Assembly (NCBI GenBank): GCA_018676855.1
Contig: JABHDY010000003.1
Coordinates: 148,136 to 212,135 of the forward strand
Direction of reading: 5' to 3'
DNA from: Candidatus Woesearchaeota archaeon
GTDB taxonomy: Archaea; Nanobdellota; Nanobdellia; Woesearchaeales; GW2011-AR9
Length of the DNA: 64,000 nt
Below the pieces are notes generated by a model. That model worked only from the letters and a program-made list of their open reading frames with translations. It was not told the origin of the DNA and did no database searches. This document shows, piece by piece, positions 18,334 through 27,867 of this stretch. How positions within the stretch are numbered: the first letter of the stretch is position 1; each line of letters opens with the position of its first letter. Position numbers and translations under genes: made by a program.

Positions 18334-18420
18334 TTTTTAATTTAGGGTATTTCTTCTAAAAACAAACATATTTTTCCAAAAGATTTATATGTTGTTACTC
18401 GCAGGGAGGTATATTCAACA

Positions 18421-19416
18421 ATGGTTGCAACTAATATGGCAAATGATGTGGTTTTGACACAAAGTGATGATGAGTTGATACTTCGTTTAGGATTTCCTAT
18501 TCTTCCAGGAATACGAAATACTTTATTTCCAGATAATTATCTTCTTCCAAATAATATGGTTCTTGAAGACATTCTTGCAGACAGATTTGATGACTCAGAA
18601 CTTAGAGGGATGACATTAGAATTACATTATCAAACACTTAGCGATTTTAATGAGTTAAGTATGGCAGAAAAAATTATAATAAGGAAAGATGTTGAAAAAC
18701 TTAGAGTAAAAGGGTACAATTTTATGATACATCACCCATTCCTTCACCAGAGAGGTTCAGAGAGATATGATATGAACTTCGTTTTACATACCATACCATC
18801 TGAATTTGATTTAGGAAGTATTGGTGCACAAGAATTTGAAGATGGTTTCAGTGAAAAGTTTTTAAAATATTGTGCTTTCTTAGAGATACAAAATGTTACT
18901 ATTCATGCAACAAAACCACGTTTATCTTTTGATAAAAGAGAGTTTGAGGATTACAGTTCTAAAATTGGAAAGGTTGCAGACATAGCAAGAAGATTAGGGG
19001 TTACAATTGCTATTGAAACTGGCGGAATTACGCGTGAACAACTAGTAAGTCTGCATAGTACTCATGGAACATACATTAACTTGGATACTGCCCACTTATT
19101 CCTTGATCTTGACACGTCAAGCCCAGGAGAGTTTTACCAGGAAAATAGACAAGCAGTTGTAGACTTTTTTAGAAACCGGAGAAAAATTATTCCACAACTT
19201 CATTTAACTGAAACACATGAAGAGGACCAGCATTTACCAATCTATGAAAGAGGAATATTGGGTCAGTGTAACAGAGGAATTTTGCAGATTATGAATGAGG
19301 ATTTACATTTAAAAGACCATAAAAGATATCTTGCAATGGTTGAATCAAGATATGTTCCAGAAGATGCAGAATATGTTAAAGAAGCTCTCAGTAGACCAAG
19401 AGTTATTTCCTTATAG
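18421..19416 (+). CDS. Xylose-isomerase-like TIM-barrel (sugar-phosphate isomerase/epimerase or AP-endonuclease-2 family) protein
   Basis: 'NVTIHATKP', 'VTIAIETGG', 'INLDTAHLF', 'LHLTETHEEDQHLP' match the spaced metal-ligand pattern of that fold. Assignment is tentative. Confidence 0.5.
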   Translation: MVATNMANDVVLTQSDDELILRLGFPILPGIRNTLFPDNYLLPNNMVLEDILADRFDDSELRGMTLELHYQTLSDFNELSMAEKIIIRKDVEKLRVKGYNFMIHHPFLHQRGSERYDMNFVLHTIPSEFDLGSIGAQEFEDGFSEKFLKYCAFLEIQNVTIHATKPRLSFDKREFEDYSSKIGKVADIARRLGVTIAIETGGITREQLVSLHSTHGTYINLDTAHLFLDLDTSSPGEFYQENRQAVVDFFRNRRKIIPQLHLTETHEEDQHLPIYERGILGQCNRGILQIMNEDLHLKDHKRYLAMVESRYVPEDAEYVKEALSRPRVISL

Positions 19417-19421
19417 TTTTT

Positions 19422-19685
19422 TTATTTCTTTAACCCAACACCATACACTTTCTTAACAATACTTTCCATGAGAGCAGTATCATTACATTTCTTAAATAAT
19501 AACTCACCATGACCATGAACAACAATTTCTATTCCCTGTTCTTTTATGACAAGAAGGATAGGCGTTTCAAGAATAACAGTAAACTTTTCTTTAATCTTTT
19601 GTAAGTTTAATTTTTTTGGAGATTTCAGTTTAGCAGAATATGCTGCTTTCGTTTTACATTTTGCAAGTACGAAATCTGTTGTCAT
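19422..19685 (-). CDS. Hypothetical protein
   Basis: 87-aa ORF filling the gap between convergent and divergent neighbours. No motif recognised. Confidence 0.35.
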   Translation of the reverse strand: MTTDFVLAKCKTKAAYSAKLKSPKKLNLQKIKEKFTVILETPILLVIKEQGIEIVVHGHGELLFKKCNDTALMESIVKKVYGVGLKK

Positions 19686-19801
19686 AGCACAAATAAGACA
19701 TATTTCTTTTATAAAACCTACCCCATAAATAAAAAAGAAATAACCGAATAATTTATATACTTATTTTATTTCATTCATAGTATCATTAAGAGGTGATATT
19801 C

Positions 19802-20197
19802 ATGGCAAAAAAGAAACGTGCTTCACGTTCAACGAAGAAAGTCGTTACAAAAAAAACAACTATTGAGTTACATCGTATTGCTCATTACACATTCTTTGTT
19901 GGTTTATTGGTAGCGATAGTCGCAGGATTGTTTAGAAGTCTTATTGGACCAGAAGTTCTTGTAACAACATTAGTTATTCTTGGTTTCATTGTTGGTCTGT
20001 TCAATTTAACAGCAAAGGAAACAATGCCGTTCTTAGTAGCATCAATTGCATTAATGCTTGCAGGAATTGTTAATCTTGGACTAATTCCTGGCGTGGGATT
20101 ATATCTACGATCAATCTTAAGTAACATCGTTGTTTTTGTTGTTCCAGGAGCAATCATCATGGGACTAAAAACCATCTGGAAGTTAGCTTCAGATTAA
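19802..20197 (+). CDS. Small polytopic membrane protein
   Basis: 'MAKKKRASRSTKK', then three or four hydrophobic helices. SD-like 'GAGGTGAT' ends 4 nt upstream of ATG 19802. Confidence 0.5.
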   Translation: MAKKKRASRSTKKVVTKKTTIELHRIAHYTFFVGLLVAIVAGLFRSLIGPEVLVTTLVILGFIVGLFNLTAKETMPFLVASIALMLAGIVNLGLIPGVGLYLRSILSNIVVFVVPGAIIMGLKTIWKLASD

Positions 20198-20246
20198 ATT
20201 TTTATTTTTTTATATTTATTTTATTTTTCTTCAGACCCTCGTAACA

Positions 20247-20255
20247 TTTATATAA
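20247..20255 (+). promoter_or_regulatory. TATA box upstream of the zinc-ribbon mini-ORF
   Basis: 'tttatataa' centred 28 nt upstream of GTG 20279. Confidence 0.4.
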
Positions 20256-20278
20256 GAAAATATTGTTTTCGTCAATAG

Positions 20279-20402
20279 GTGAAGATACATTCCAAAAAAA
20301 AACGTTGACTGTCCATATTGTAAGAAAAAGTACATCTCTCTTCTGTTCTCAGGATTAAAGGGTGTTTGTTGTCCATACTGTAAGAATTGCATAAAGTTTT
20401 AA
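20279..20402 (+). pseudogene. Zinc-ribbon mini-ORF (CPYC-x16-CCPYC) out of frame with its only plausible start across an A9 run
   Basis: Reading frame 20283-20402 encodes '..NVDCPYCKKKYISLLFSGLKGVCCPYCKNCIKF*' but has no in-frame ATG/GTG/TTG. GTG 20279 is in the neighbouring frame and stops at 20306-20308. The two frames are separated by A9 at 20294-20302. Confidence 0.3.
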
Positions 20403-20426
20403 AACGAGTAACATGTTTCTCCATAT

Positions 20427-21284
20427 ATGCAAGAAAAGAAACACCCAATTATAACCCATCTCTTAATCTTCCTACGAGGACTATTTATGGGCATTGCAGA
20501 CGTCATTCCAGGCGTCTCTGGTGGAACAATAGCATTCATTACAGGCATTTATCCCAGACTGATACATTCTTTAGGAACGTTTAACTTTTCATTCATATTA
20601 TTATTGTTCAAAGGTAAGTTCACACAATCATGGAAATCAATTAAAAAGAATGATTTTGCATTATTTATTCCTTTAATAACAGGAATAGGAATTGCCATTT
20701 TTATTATTTCAAGATTAATGGTGTTTCTATTAGAAACATATTCTGGTACAACGTTTGCATTCTTTTTTGGATTAATCCTTGCATCTGCACTCTTTGTATT
20801 ACGAAAAGCTGGCAAATTGTCTCTTGAGAAAGCAATCTTTGTTGTGCTCGGTTTTATAGGCGCGTACGTTCTTGCAGGGTTATCAGCAATTTCTGTTAAT
20901 CATTCACTTCCAATAATTTTTGTTTCGGGAGCAGTTGCTATCTGCGCAATGATTCTTCCAGGAATATCTGGCGCGTTTATTTTACTTTTATTAAACCAGT
21001 ACCAATACATTATCAAAGCATTGCACACATACCAATGGACAGTTATTATCACATTTATCATTGGCGCAGCTACAGGATTAATAGGTTTTTCAAAGTTAGT
21101 AGATTATGTTCTCAGAAAATTTAAATCACTAACATTATCATTTTTAGTTGGTGTTATGTTAGGATCGTTACGTATTCCTATAGAAGAAATTTCTGTTGCT
21201 GGAACAAACTGGCATGTCCTCGTATTTGGTTTACTTGGATTTATTATTGTATTTGTATTAGAGGGCGTGTTTGGAAGAAAATAA
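20427..21284 (+). CDS. DUF368-family membrane protein (family recently linked to undecaprenyl-phosphate recycling)
   Basis: Duplicated signature 'GIADVIPGVSGGTIAFITGIY' and 'MILPGISGAFILLLL'. About 8 TM helices. Confidence 0.8.
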   Translation: MQEKKHPIITHLLIFLRGLFMGIADVIPGVSGGTIAFITGIYPRLIHSLGTFNFSFILLLFKGKFTQSWKSIKKNDFALFIPLITGIGIAIFIISRLMVFLLETYSGTTFAFFFGLILASALFVLRKAGKLSLEKAIFVVLGFIGAYVLAGLSAISVNHSLPIIFVSGAVAICAMILPGISGAFILLLLNQYQYIIKALHTYQWTVIITFIIGAATGLIGFSKLVDYVLRKFKSLTLSFLVGVMLGSLRIPIEEISVAGTNWHVLVFGLLGFIIVFVLEGVFGRK

Positions 21285-21291
21285 GTAAGCA

Positions 21292-22527
21292 TTATCGTTT
21301 TAATAATTCTTCAATTTGTAACAATCGGTTATACTTTGCAGTTCTCTCGCCTCTACATGGTGCACCCGCTTTTATTTGGCCGCAGCCAAGTCCAACTGCT
21401 AAATCTGCAATAAACGTATCTTCAGTCTCTCCACTTCTATGAGATACCATAACCTTCCAGCCAGCATCTAAGGCCATTTGTGCAGCATCTAACGCTTCCG
21501 TTAGTGTTCCAATCTGATTAACTTTAAGTAATAAACATGTACAACTCTTTTCTTTAATTGCAGCTTCTATTCGTTCAGTGTTTGTTACAGTTAAATCATC
21601 ACCAACAATTTGTATTTTTGATCGTTCCCTCAGCTTTGCAAAACTGTCAAAATCTTCCTGATGAAACGGATCTTCAATAGAAATTATTGGATATCGTTTT
21701 ATTAACGTACAATAATAATCTAACAATTGTTCCTTTGTTAACTTTTTACTATCAACAGTATATTTATTGTTACTAAAGAACTCTGACGCGGCACAGTCAA
21801 TCGCAATGTCAACTTTATTCTTGTACCCAGCATCACGAATAGCCTTTGTTAATATTTTAAGTGCATCTGTTGCTTTGTGTAACTTATCTGGTGCGAAACC
21901 GCCCTCGTCACCAACGTTCGTTGTACCTTTCCCATACGTCTTATGTAACTCTTTCTTCAGTAGATGATAAATCTCACTCGCTGCTTGAAGATTCTGTTTA
22001 ATTGATCGTAATTTTGGCACAATCATAAATTCTTGAAAACTTAATCTATTATCTGCATGTTTCCCACCATTAATAACGTTAAAAAATACTTTTGGGATTG
22101 TACTATCTTTTTGTACTTGTGGAAATGTGTTAATATATTCAAATAATTGAATTCCTTGAGATTCTGATGCTGCTTTGGCACATGCTAACGAGACGCCCAG
22201 AATAGCATTTGCTCCCAATCGACGTTTATTATCAGTAGCATCCCGTTCAATCATCATTGAATCGCACTCTCTTTGTTTAGAACAATCTATCCCTTTCAAA
22301 AGTGGTGTTATCTTCTGTTTGACATTTCTCACTGCTTTCTGAACACCCATGCCCATATAACGTTTTCCACCATCGCGCAACTCTAACGCTTCATGATCGC
22401 CAGTACTTGCTCCAGATGGTACGGATGCCGTACCAGAAACGTCACCAGTGTACACTGTAACTTCTATAGTAGGATTACCTCGAGAGTCAAGAATTTCTCG
22501 AGCAGTAATATCTTTAATAGCTGGCAT
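21292..22527 (-). CDS. eno: Enolase
   Basis: 411 aa. 'REILDSRGNPTIEV', 'SGASTGDHEALELRD', 'IVGDDLTVTN', 'SHRSGETED'. Confidence 0.95.
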   Translation of the reverse strand: MPAIKDITAREILDSRGNPTIEVTVYTGDVSGTASVPSGASTGDHEALELRDGGKRYMGMGVQKAVRNVKQKITPLLKGIDCSKQRECDSMMIERDATDNKRRLGANAILGVSLACAKAASESQGIQLFEYINTFPQVQKDSTIPKVFFNVINGGKHADNRLSFQEFMIVPKLRSIKQNLQAASEIYHLLKKELHKTYGKGTTNVGDEGGFAPDKLHKATDALKILTKAIRDAGYKNKVDIAIDCAASEFFSNNKYTVDSKKLTKEQLLDYYCTLIKRYPIISIEDPFHQEDFDSFAKLRERSKIQIVGDDLTVTNTERIEAAIKEKSCTCLLLKVNQIGTLTEALDAAQMALDAGWKVMVSHRSGETEDTFIADLAVGLGCGQIKAGAPCRGERTAKYNRLLQIEELLKR

Positions 22528-22584
22528 TACAAAGAAAAAGATATGTATGCTTATATAGTTTTGTGAGTACGAAGTGATAGAGAA

Positions 22585-22974
22585 TTATTCTGTAAAATGA
22601 TAGACTATTCCTGCATCAACATGAGACTGTTGAACAGTATAATGTTTCTCTGGCCCACAACACCTTGGTAATTTGTGTCTACTTGAAACATTTATCCCAC
22701 AATCTTGTTGAGGTCCATGCAAATTAAATTCTTTATATTCTCCTTTATGAACTGTTGTATGACCACCATTTTGTTCAAATTCTTGTATTGTAACAACATC
22801 AACACACCCATACAAGCCTCTTGGAGTAGTCATTCGTACAAGAAACGTTACACCTTCACATAATTCATCAAGACTATTGGTTTTTTTAACACCATCAACT
22901 TTAGAAGCGTCCCATTGAGAATAGTTAAGCGCACGAATTTGTGTAAAAGTCTGTAATTCATCCATAACAACCAT
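22585..22974 (-). CDS. Hypothetical protein
   Basis: 129-aa ORF. No recognisable motif. Confidence 0.4.
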   Translation of the reverse strand: MVVMDELQTFTQIRALNYSQWDASKVDGVKKTNSLDELCEGVTFLVRMTTPRGLYGCVDVVTIQEFEQNGGHTTVHKGEYKEFNLHGPQQDCGINVSSRHKLPRCCGPEKHYTVQQSHVDAGIVYHFTE

Positions 22975-23086
22975 TCTTAAAATAAAATGATTTATAATGA
23001 TTTATATTTAAGAGAACAACTGGAGACCCTACTTACAAGTAACAATTATAGAAAGCTTTAAAAAAAGAATACAAGAATAATGATAT

Positions 23087-24019
23087 ATGTCACAAAATAT
23101 TTGTTACAATACTGGAAAAACAAAAGGAACTGAAGTAGTTTTTGAAAAATATGAACCAAAAGAAGTAACATCAAACGTTCCAACAGTTATTCTTGCAGGA
23201 ATGAATGTTCCGCTTATTAGACAAAGAAATGGATATAAAACAACAGACGACCTCATAAGAAGTAATTATTTTGGTGCCGTACCAGCAGAACTTGCAGTTG
23301 AGACTGGAGCTCCAGTATTTGTTGTTGCACAGCCAGGAATGTCTGGTAAACCGCATAAAAGTAGACTTTATTCACCAGAGACTCAACAAAAACAATTTGA
23401 AACTGCACTTGAACTTGCCGAAGATAGAAATCTTTACATGATTCTACACAGTCTTTCTACAACAACATATCCACAACTAATATCGCACAATATAGAAACT
23501 AATCCATCTAAGATTGTAGGAACAACAATGTCTTCAACAGTTACAACTACACGGGATGCTTTAGAGGGAAGAAATGGATGGTTAGCGTTATTTAACATTG
23601 CTCAATATTTCGATATTCCTCCCGTTCCACTGTATCCTCTCCATGATCAAAAATGGCACGACGGAAACGAAGATGAAACACGTAATCCGAACTGGAAAGC
23701 TGACAGATGGATAAATCCTAAAAGTGCAAAATGGTTACTAGGACTTGATACTAAAAGATCCATTACTGATTTAAAATGGAAATACTGTAGAGACATATTT
23801 TCTAATCTTCCAACACTTTTTGTTATACCTGATGCAGATAAAGTATTTGATCCTGAGAAACAATTAAGAATTGCAGATTTATTATTTAAAGAAGAGAAAT
23901 ATGTAGCAGAAAATGCTGGCCATCGTTGGTTCACTTCAGATAGATGGAGAGAAACAACAGCGAGAATTATAGAACATAGAGATAAATCAGTTCAACGTTT
24001 AGAAAGACTAGTAGAATAA
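23087..24019 (+). CDS. Hypothetical protein, possibly alpha/beta-hydrolase fold
   Basis: Order 'MILHSLSTT' (nucleophile-elbow-like), 'IPDADKVF', 'NAGHRWF' resembles a Ser-Asp-His arrangement. Weak. Confidence 0.35.
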   Translation: MSQNICYNTGKTKGTEVVFEKYEPKEVTSNVPTVILAGMNVPLIRQRNGYKTTDDLIRSNYFGAVPAELAVETGAPVFVVAQPGMSGKPHKSRLYSPETQQKQFETALELAEDRNLYMILHSLSTTTYPQLISHNIETNPSKIVGTTMSSTVTTTRDALEGRNGWLALFNIAQYFDIPPVPLYPLHDQKWHDGNEDETRNPNWKADRWINPKSAKWLLGLDTKRSITDLKWKYCRDIFSNLPTLFVIPDADKVFDPEKQLRIADLLFKEEKYVAENAGHRWFTSDRWRETTARIIEHRDKSVQRLERLVE

Positions 24020-24074
24020 ATACATTTCTCTAACACAATAATCCTTATATAGCCTATCTTTCAAAGATGATTGT

Positions 24075-26483
24075 ATGATTCTGAAACAGATTACCCTGCA
24101 AAATATCCGATCATACCAAGATGAAACTATCACATTTCCAGAGGGATCAACAGTTCTTTCTGGTGATATTGGATGTGGAAAATCATCAATTCTTTTGGCC
24201 ATAGAATTTGCATTGTTTGGAACTGCACGGCCAGACCTTCCCGGTGAAGCATTATTAAAAAAGGGAACAGTTTCAGGATTTGTAGAATTATCATTTTCAA
24301 TAGAAAATAAAGAGATCATAATACAAAGAAACCTTACAAAAACAAAAGATACAATTAAACAGGGTGCAGGTTATATCATTATCAATTCTGTGAAGAAAGA
24401 ACTAACACCTGTCGAACTGAAAGCTGAGATTGTACAATTGTTAGGATATCCGGACGAGTTCATTACCAAGAATAAAAATTATATTTTTAGGTATACCGTG
24501 TATACGCCACAGGAAGAAATGAAATTTATACTGCAAGAAAATCAAGATGTACGATTAGATGTTTTACGAAAAATATTCAATATTGATAAATATAAGAATA
24601 TTCGTGAAAATGTACAATTGTATCTTAAAAAAATACGAACACGTATTGCTATTCTAAAAACAAAAACTGAACCTCTTGAAGATGAAAAGACAAAGTGTGA
24701 TGGATATAAAACGGAAAAAGAACGGTTGCTGAAAGAGTTGAAAAGTATTGTTCCACAACTTCAATCTGTCCAAGAGAACATTACAAAAAATAATGAACAA
24801 AAAGAGGTTCTTGAGAATGAACAGAAAAAGTATGTAACACTTACACAAGAAAGAAATTTGAAGAACGGTATTTTAAAAGAGAAAAAATTACAATATGAAA
24901 CGTTGCAACAAAAAGAACAGCAATTGAAAAGTACAGTATCATCATTTGTATTTTCTCAAGAGTGTGTTAAAGAAACTATTCAGCAAGAAATTGATAAGAT
25001 GGAACATCAAAAAAGTACAATTTTGCAACAAAAAGCGTCATTACAGGAAAAGATTGTATATATTCAGCAAACAATACAAGATCAACAAAGTGAACTAAAA
25101 ATGTACAAAGAAGAAACATCTGTTCTTGATGATAAACATGTACAACATAAAGAAATGCAAGATCAATTAGAGAAGAAGGAGGAATATCAAACAAAAAAGA
25201 TACAATTGCAAGAATTGTTTGAGAAGACAAATGAAGTTATTACAAAAAATAAAACTCTGTTATCTCATTCACAAGATGTTCATCATAAAATTGGATCATT
25301 AGATTCATGTCCGACATGTCTTCAAGAAGTATCGGCTGAACATAAAATAAAAACGCAAGAAAAAGAAAAAGATAAAATTGAGAAAGCAGAAACGTTACTG
25401 TTTGAACTGAACAAAAAGAAGTCAGAAATTGTAACAGAAAGTGTATTAGTTAACGAAAAAATTGAAAAACTTATCCATACAGAGAATTTGGTAACACGTC
25501 TTTCGTTAGAGATTGAACATCTTCAGAAGAAAAAAGAAAAGATTGAAGACATACAAAAAAGTGTTGTGATACATGTCAAAGAGAACAACGAATTGATGCA
25601 ACAAATGGAAAAAGTAACAAAACAACATTCTATTGAGAACATTAATGAAAAGATTGAAAAGAAACGAGTATTGATACAACAATTAACAGAGAAACATCTT
25701 TTAGAACAACAAATTAATAATGTTATTGAACAGAAATCAATAATTGAAAAAGACATTCGTGATATTGAAGAAATACTGATAAAAATTCAGGAACAGCAAA
25801 AAACTGTACAAGACGTTACTGAAAAAGTTGAACAATCTACAAAAGAACATACAATTCTTGTTCAGCAAGAAAAAGAGTTCGCTATTCAAAAAGCAGAATT
25901 AGACATACAGAATAATCATATTATGCAACGTATACAAGAAAGTGAGACGATTATTACTGAACTAACAGGAATGAAAAACAAGCTTGTTATAATGAAAGAA
26001 CGATATGCATGGCTTGACAGATACTTTATTGCTCTAACACTTACGATTGAAAAACACGTTTTGGTTCACATTCATCAACTATTTAACCAACTATTTCAAG
26101 AGTGGTTTTCCATTTTGATGGATGACGATCAAATGTACGCACGTATTGACGATTCTTTCTCCCCAGTAATTGAACAGAACGGGTATGAGATTGATTTCAA
26201 TAATTTAAGTGGTGGTGAAAGGACATCAGCATCTCTTGCATATAGGTTAGCGTTAAATAAAGTTATTAATGACATCATTCATCAGATCAATACAAAAGAT
26301 TTGATTATTCTTGACGAACCTACTGACGGCTTTAGTTCAGAACAGTTAGATAAAGTTCGAGACGTTCTTGAGGGATTGAATTTGAAGCAGACGATAATTG
26401 TATCTCACGAGTCTAAGATTGAAAGTTTTGTTCAGAACGTTATTCATGTGCAGAAAGAAGAAGGAAGAAGTGTTGTTAGTTAA
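24075..26483 (+). CDS. rad50: Rad50-type SMC-like ATPase
   Basis: Walker A 'GDIGCGKSS', long coiled coil with zinc hook 'CPTC', signature 'LSGGERTSASLA', Walker B 'LIILDEPTDG', 'VSHE'. Confidence 0.85.
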   Translation: MILKQITLQNIRSYQDETITFPEGSTVLSGDIGCGKSSILLAIEFALFGTARPDLPGEALLKKGTVSGFVELSFSIENKEIIIQRNLTKTKDTIKQGAGYIIINSVKKELTPVELKAEIVQLLGYPDEFITKNKNYIFRYTVYTPQEEMKFILQENQDVRLDVLRKIFNIDKYKNIRENVQLYLKKIRTRIAILKTKTEPLEDEKTKCDGYKTEKERLLKELKSIVPQLQSVQENITKNNEQKEVLENEQKKYVTLTQERNLKNGILKEKKLQYETLQQKEQQLKSTVSSFVFSQECVKETIQQEIDKMEHQKSTILQQKASLQEKIVYIQQTIQDQQSELKMYKEETSVLDDKHVQHKEMQDQLEKKEEYQTKKIQLQELFEKTNEVITKNKTLLSHSQDVHHKIGSLDSCPTCLQEVSAEHKIKTQEKEKDKIEKAETLLFELNKKKSEIVTESVLVNEKIEKLIHTENLVTRLSLEIEHLQKKKEKIEDIQKSVVIHVKENNELMQQMEKVTKQHSIENINEKIEKKRVLIQQLTEKHLLEQQINNVIEQKSIIEKDIRDIEEILIKIQEQQKTVQDVTEKVEQSTKEHTILVQQEKEFAIQKAELDIQNNHIMQRIQESETIITELTGMKNKLVIMKERYAWLDRYFIALTLTIEKHVLVHIHQLFNQLFQEWFSILMDDDQMYARIDDSFSPVIEQNGYEIDFNNLSGGERTSASLAYRLALNKVINDIIHQINTKDLIILDEPTDGFSSEQLDKVRDVLEGLNLKQTIIVSHESKIESFVQNVIHVQKEEGRSVVS

Positions 26484-26571
26484 TACAAAATACGTTTTCT
26501 AAAACCTATGTTGTACTATCATTGTTTAAGGAGCGAAATCGTTTTATAAATAGTATTAACAACTATATAAA

Positions 26572-27117
26572 ATGCCAAGACGTGATCATTCTAGAATCAG
26601 AAGAACTTCTTCTACAATCAGTGAAATTGTTACACGATTAGAAAATCCAGAAGTACGATTACCAGATAATAGTGAATATAAAGTTGATGAAGAAACATTA
26701 GGGAGATTATATACACATACAGTATTGGTAGTAGCACCAGAAAGATCTGCTGTCAAAAATTATGGTCGTGTTGGCGGGAAAGCTGAATTAATGCAAAGAA
26801 CAGTACAATCAATGACTCGAAGTACTCTGTACTCATTTCTTGGAGAATTAGAACTTAGAAGAAAGAACAGAAGTGATTTGTTAGAAGAAGTTGAAGAAAG
26901 TTTAGTTGGTGTTGTTGAACCAAGAAGATTTTCTGAAGGAACGATTGCTAGAGAAGTATCAGAATTAGCATTAGAAGGACGTTTTAGAGACATTGGCATT
27001 GCATTAAAACAAGGAGCACGAGCGTATGCCGAGTTAGAACCAGTAAAAAGGGGTATGAGAAATTATCGTTTTGCTGCTGAATATAAAGCAATATTAAGTT
27101 CATTAAAGGGAGTTTAG
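26572..27117 (+). CDS. Arg-rich hypothetical protein preceding the PIN/PhoH pair
   Basis: 181 aa, about 24 Arg versus about 8 Lys by my count (unlike the Lys-rich neighbours). 'ttttataaata' about 20-25 nt upstream. 9-nt gap to the next gene. Confidence 0.5.
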   Translation: MPRRDHSRIRRTSSTISEIVTRLENPEVRLPDNSEYKVDEETLGRLYTHTVLVVAPERSAVKNYGRVGGKAELMQRTVQSMTRSTLYSFLGELELRRKNRSDLLEEVEESLVGVVEPRRFSEGTIAREVSELALEGRFRDIGIALKQGARAYAELEPVKRGMRNYRFAAEYKAILSSLKGV

Positions 27118-27126
27118 TTCTTATAT

Positions 27127-27867
27127 ATGGAACCAGAAATTGGAGATAAATTGAATGGAAAAAGAGTACGATATGTATTAGACACGAGTGTGTTAGTTCA
27201 CAGACCAGATGCATATTTAACATTTGAAGATAATACTGTTGTTCTTCCATCAACTGCTGTTAGGGAATTAGAAAAACACAAACACAGAGAAGGAGAATTG
27301 GGAAGAAATGCAAGAGAAGCTATTAGACAATTGGATAGTTTAACACGTTCTAACGAAAAATATGGCGCACCGGCCAAGTTACTTAGAGATGGAGTTCCTC
27401 TTGAGAGCGGAGGAAAATTAGTTTTTGCTCCTGAACCTTCATATTTCTTACCTTCAAATCTCCCAGTATTGAATGGAGTGATGGAATATTTTAAACCATT
27501 AGCACGAGTAATTGTTTCTAAATTAGGATACGGAGATGACCATATTTTGGATATGTTACGAGAGGAAGCAAAACGACATCCTGACGAAATGCCAGTTTTA
27601 ATAACAAGAGATATTAGTTTTCGAATACAAGCACGACTTGCAGGCTTACCTGCAGCAGATTATTTACATAGTAAAGCTGAGATTGATTTAACTGCTGTCC
27701 TTGCCCATGAATATGATTTTGTTGTTGGAGATAGTTTTATTGGTGAGATATATACTAAAAGAAGAAGAGATGAACAAATACTTCCCCCAGATAATTTAGC
27801 AAAAGTTCTTCAACCAAATCAACATTTAATTTTGCGCGAACAGAAGATGGAAAAGAGCACAAAATGA
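27127..27867 (+). CDS. PIN-domain half of a PhoH2-like (PIN+PhoH) protein
   Basis: 'VRYVLDTSVLVHRPDAYLTFEDNTVVLPSTAVRELEKHK', 'GRNAREAIRQLDSL', 'LITRDISFRIQARLAGLPAADY' match the N-terminal PIN of YlaK/PhoH2-type proteins. Confidence 0.8.
   Translation: MEPEIGDKLNGKRVRYVLDTSVLVHRPDAYLTFEDNTVVLPSTAVRELEKHKHREGELGRNAREAIRQLDSLTRSNEKYGAPAKLLRDGVPLESGGKLVFAPEPSYFLPSNLPVLNGVMEYFKPLARVIVSKLGYGDDHILDMLREEAKRHPDEMPVLITRDISFRIQARLAGLPAADYLHSKAEIDLTAVLAHEYDFVVGDSFIGEIYTKRRRDEQILPPDNLAKVLQPNQHLILREQKMEKSTK

Noticed and set aside
20310-20386. The 17-nt direct repeat TGTCCATAYTGTAAGAA (20310-20326 and 20370-20386) as paired operator sites for the DUF368 gene
   Set aside because: Both copies translate in one frame to CPYCK. 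The repeat is better explained as the two knuckles of a zinc-ribbon coding sequence (see finding).
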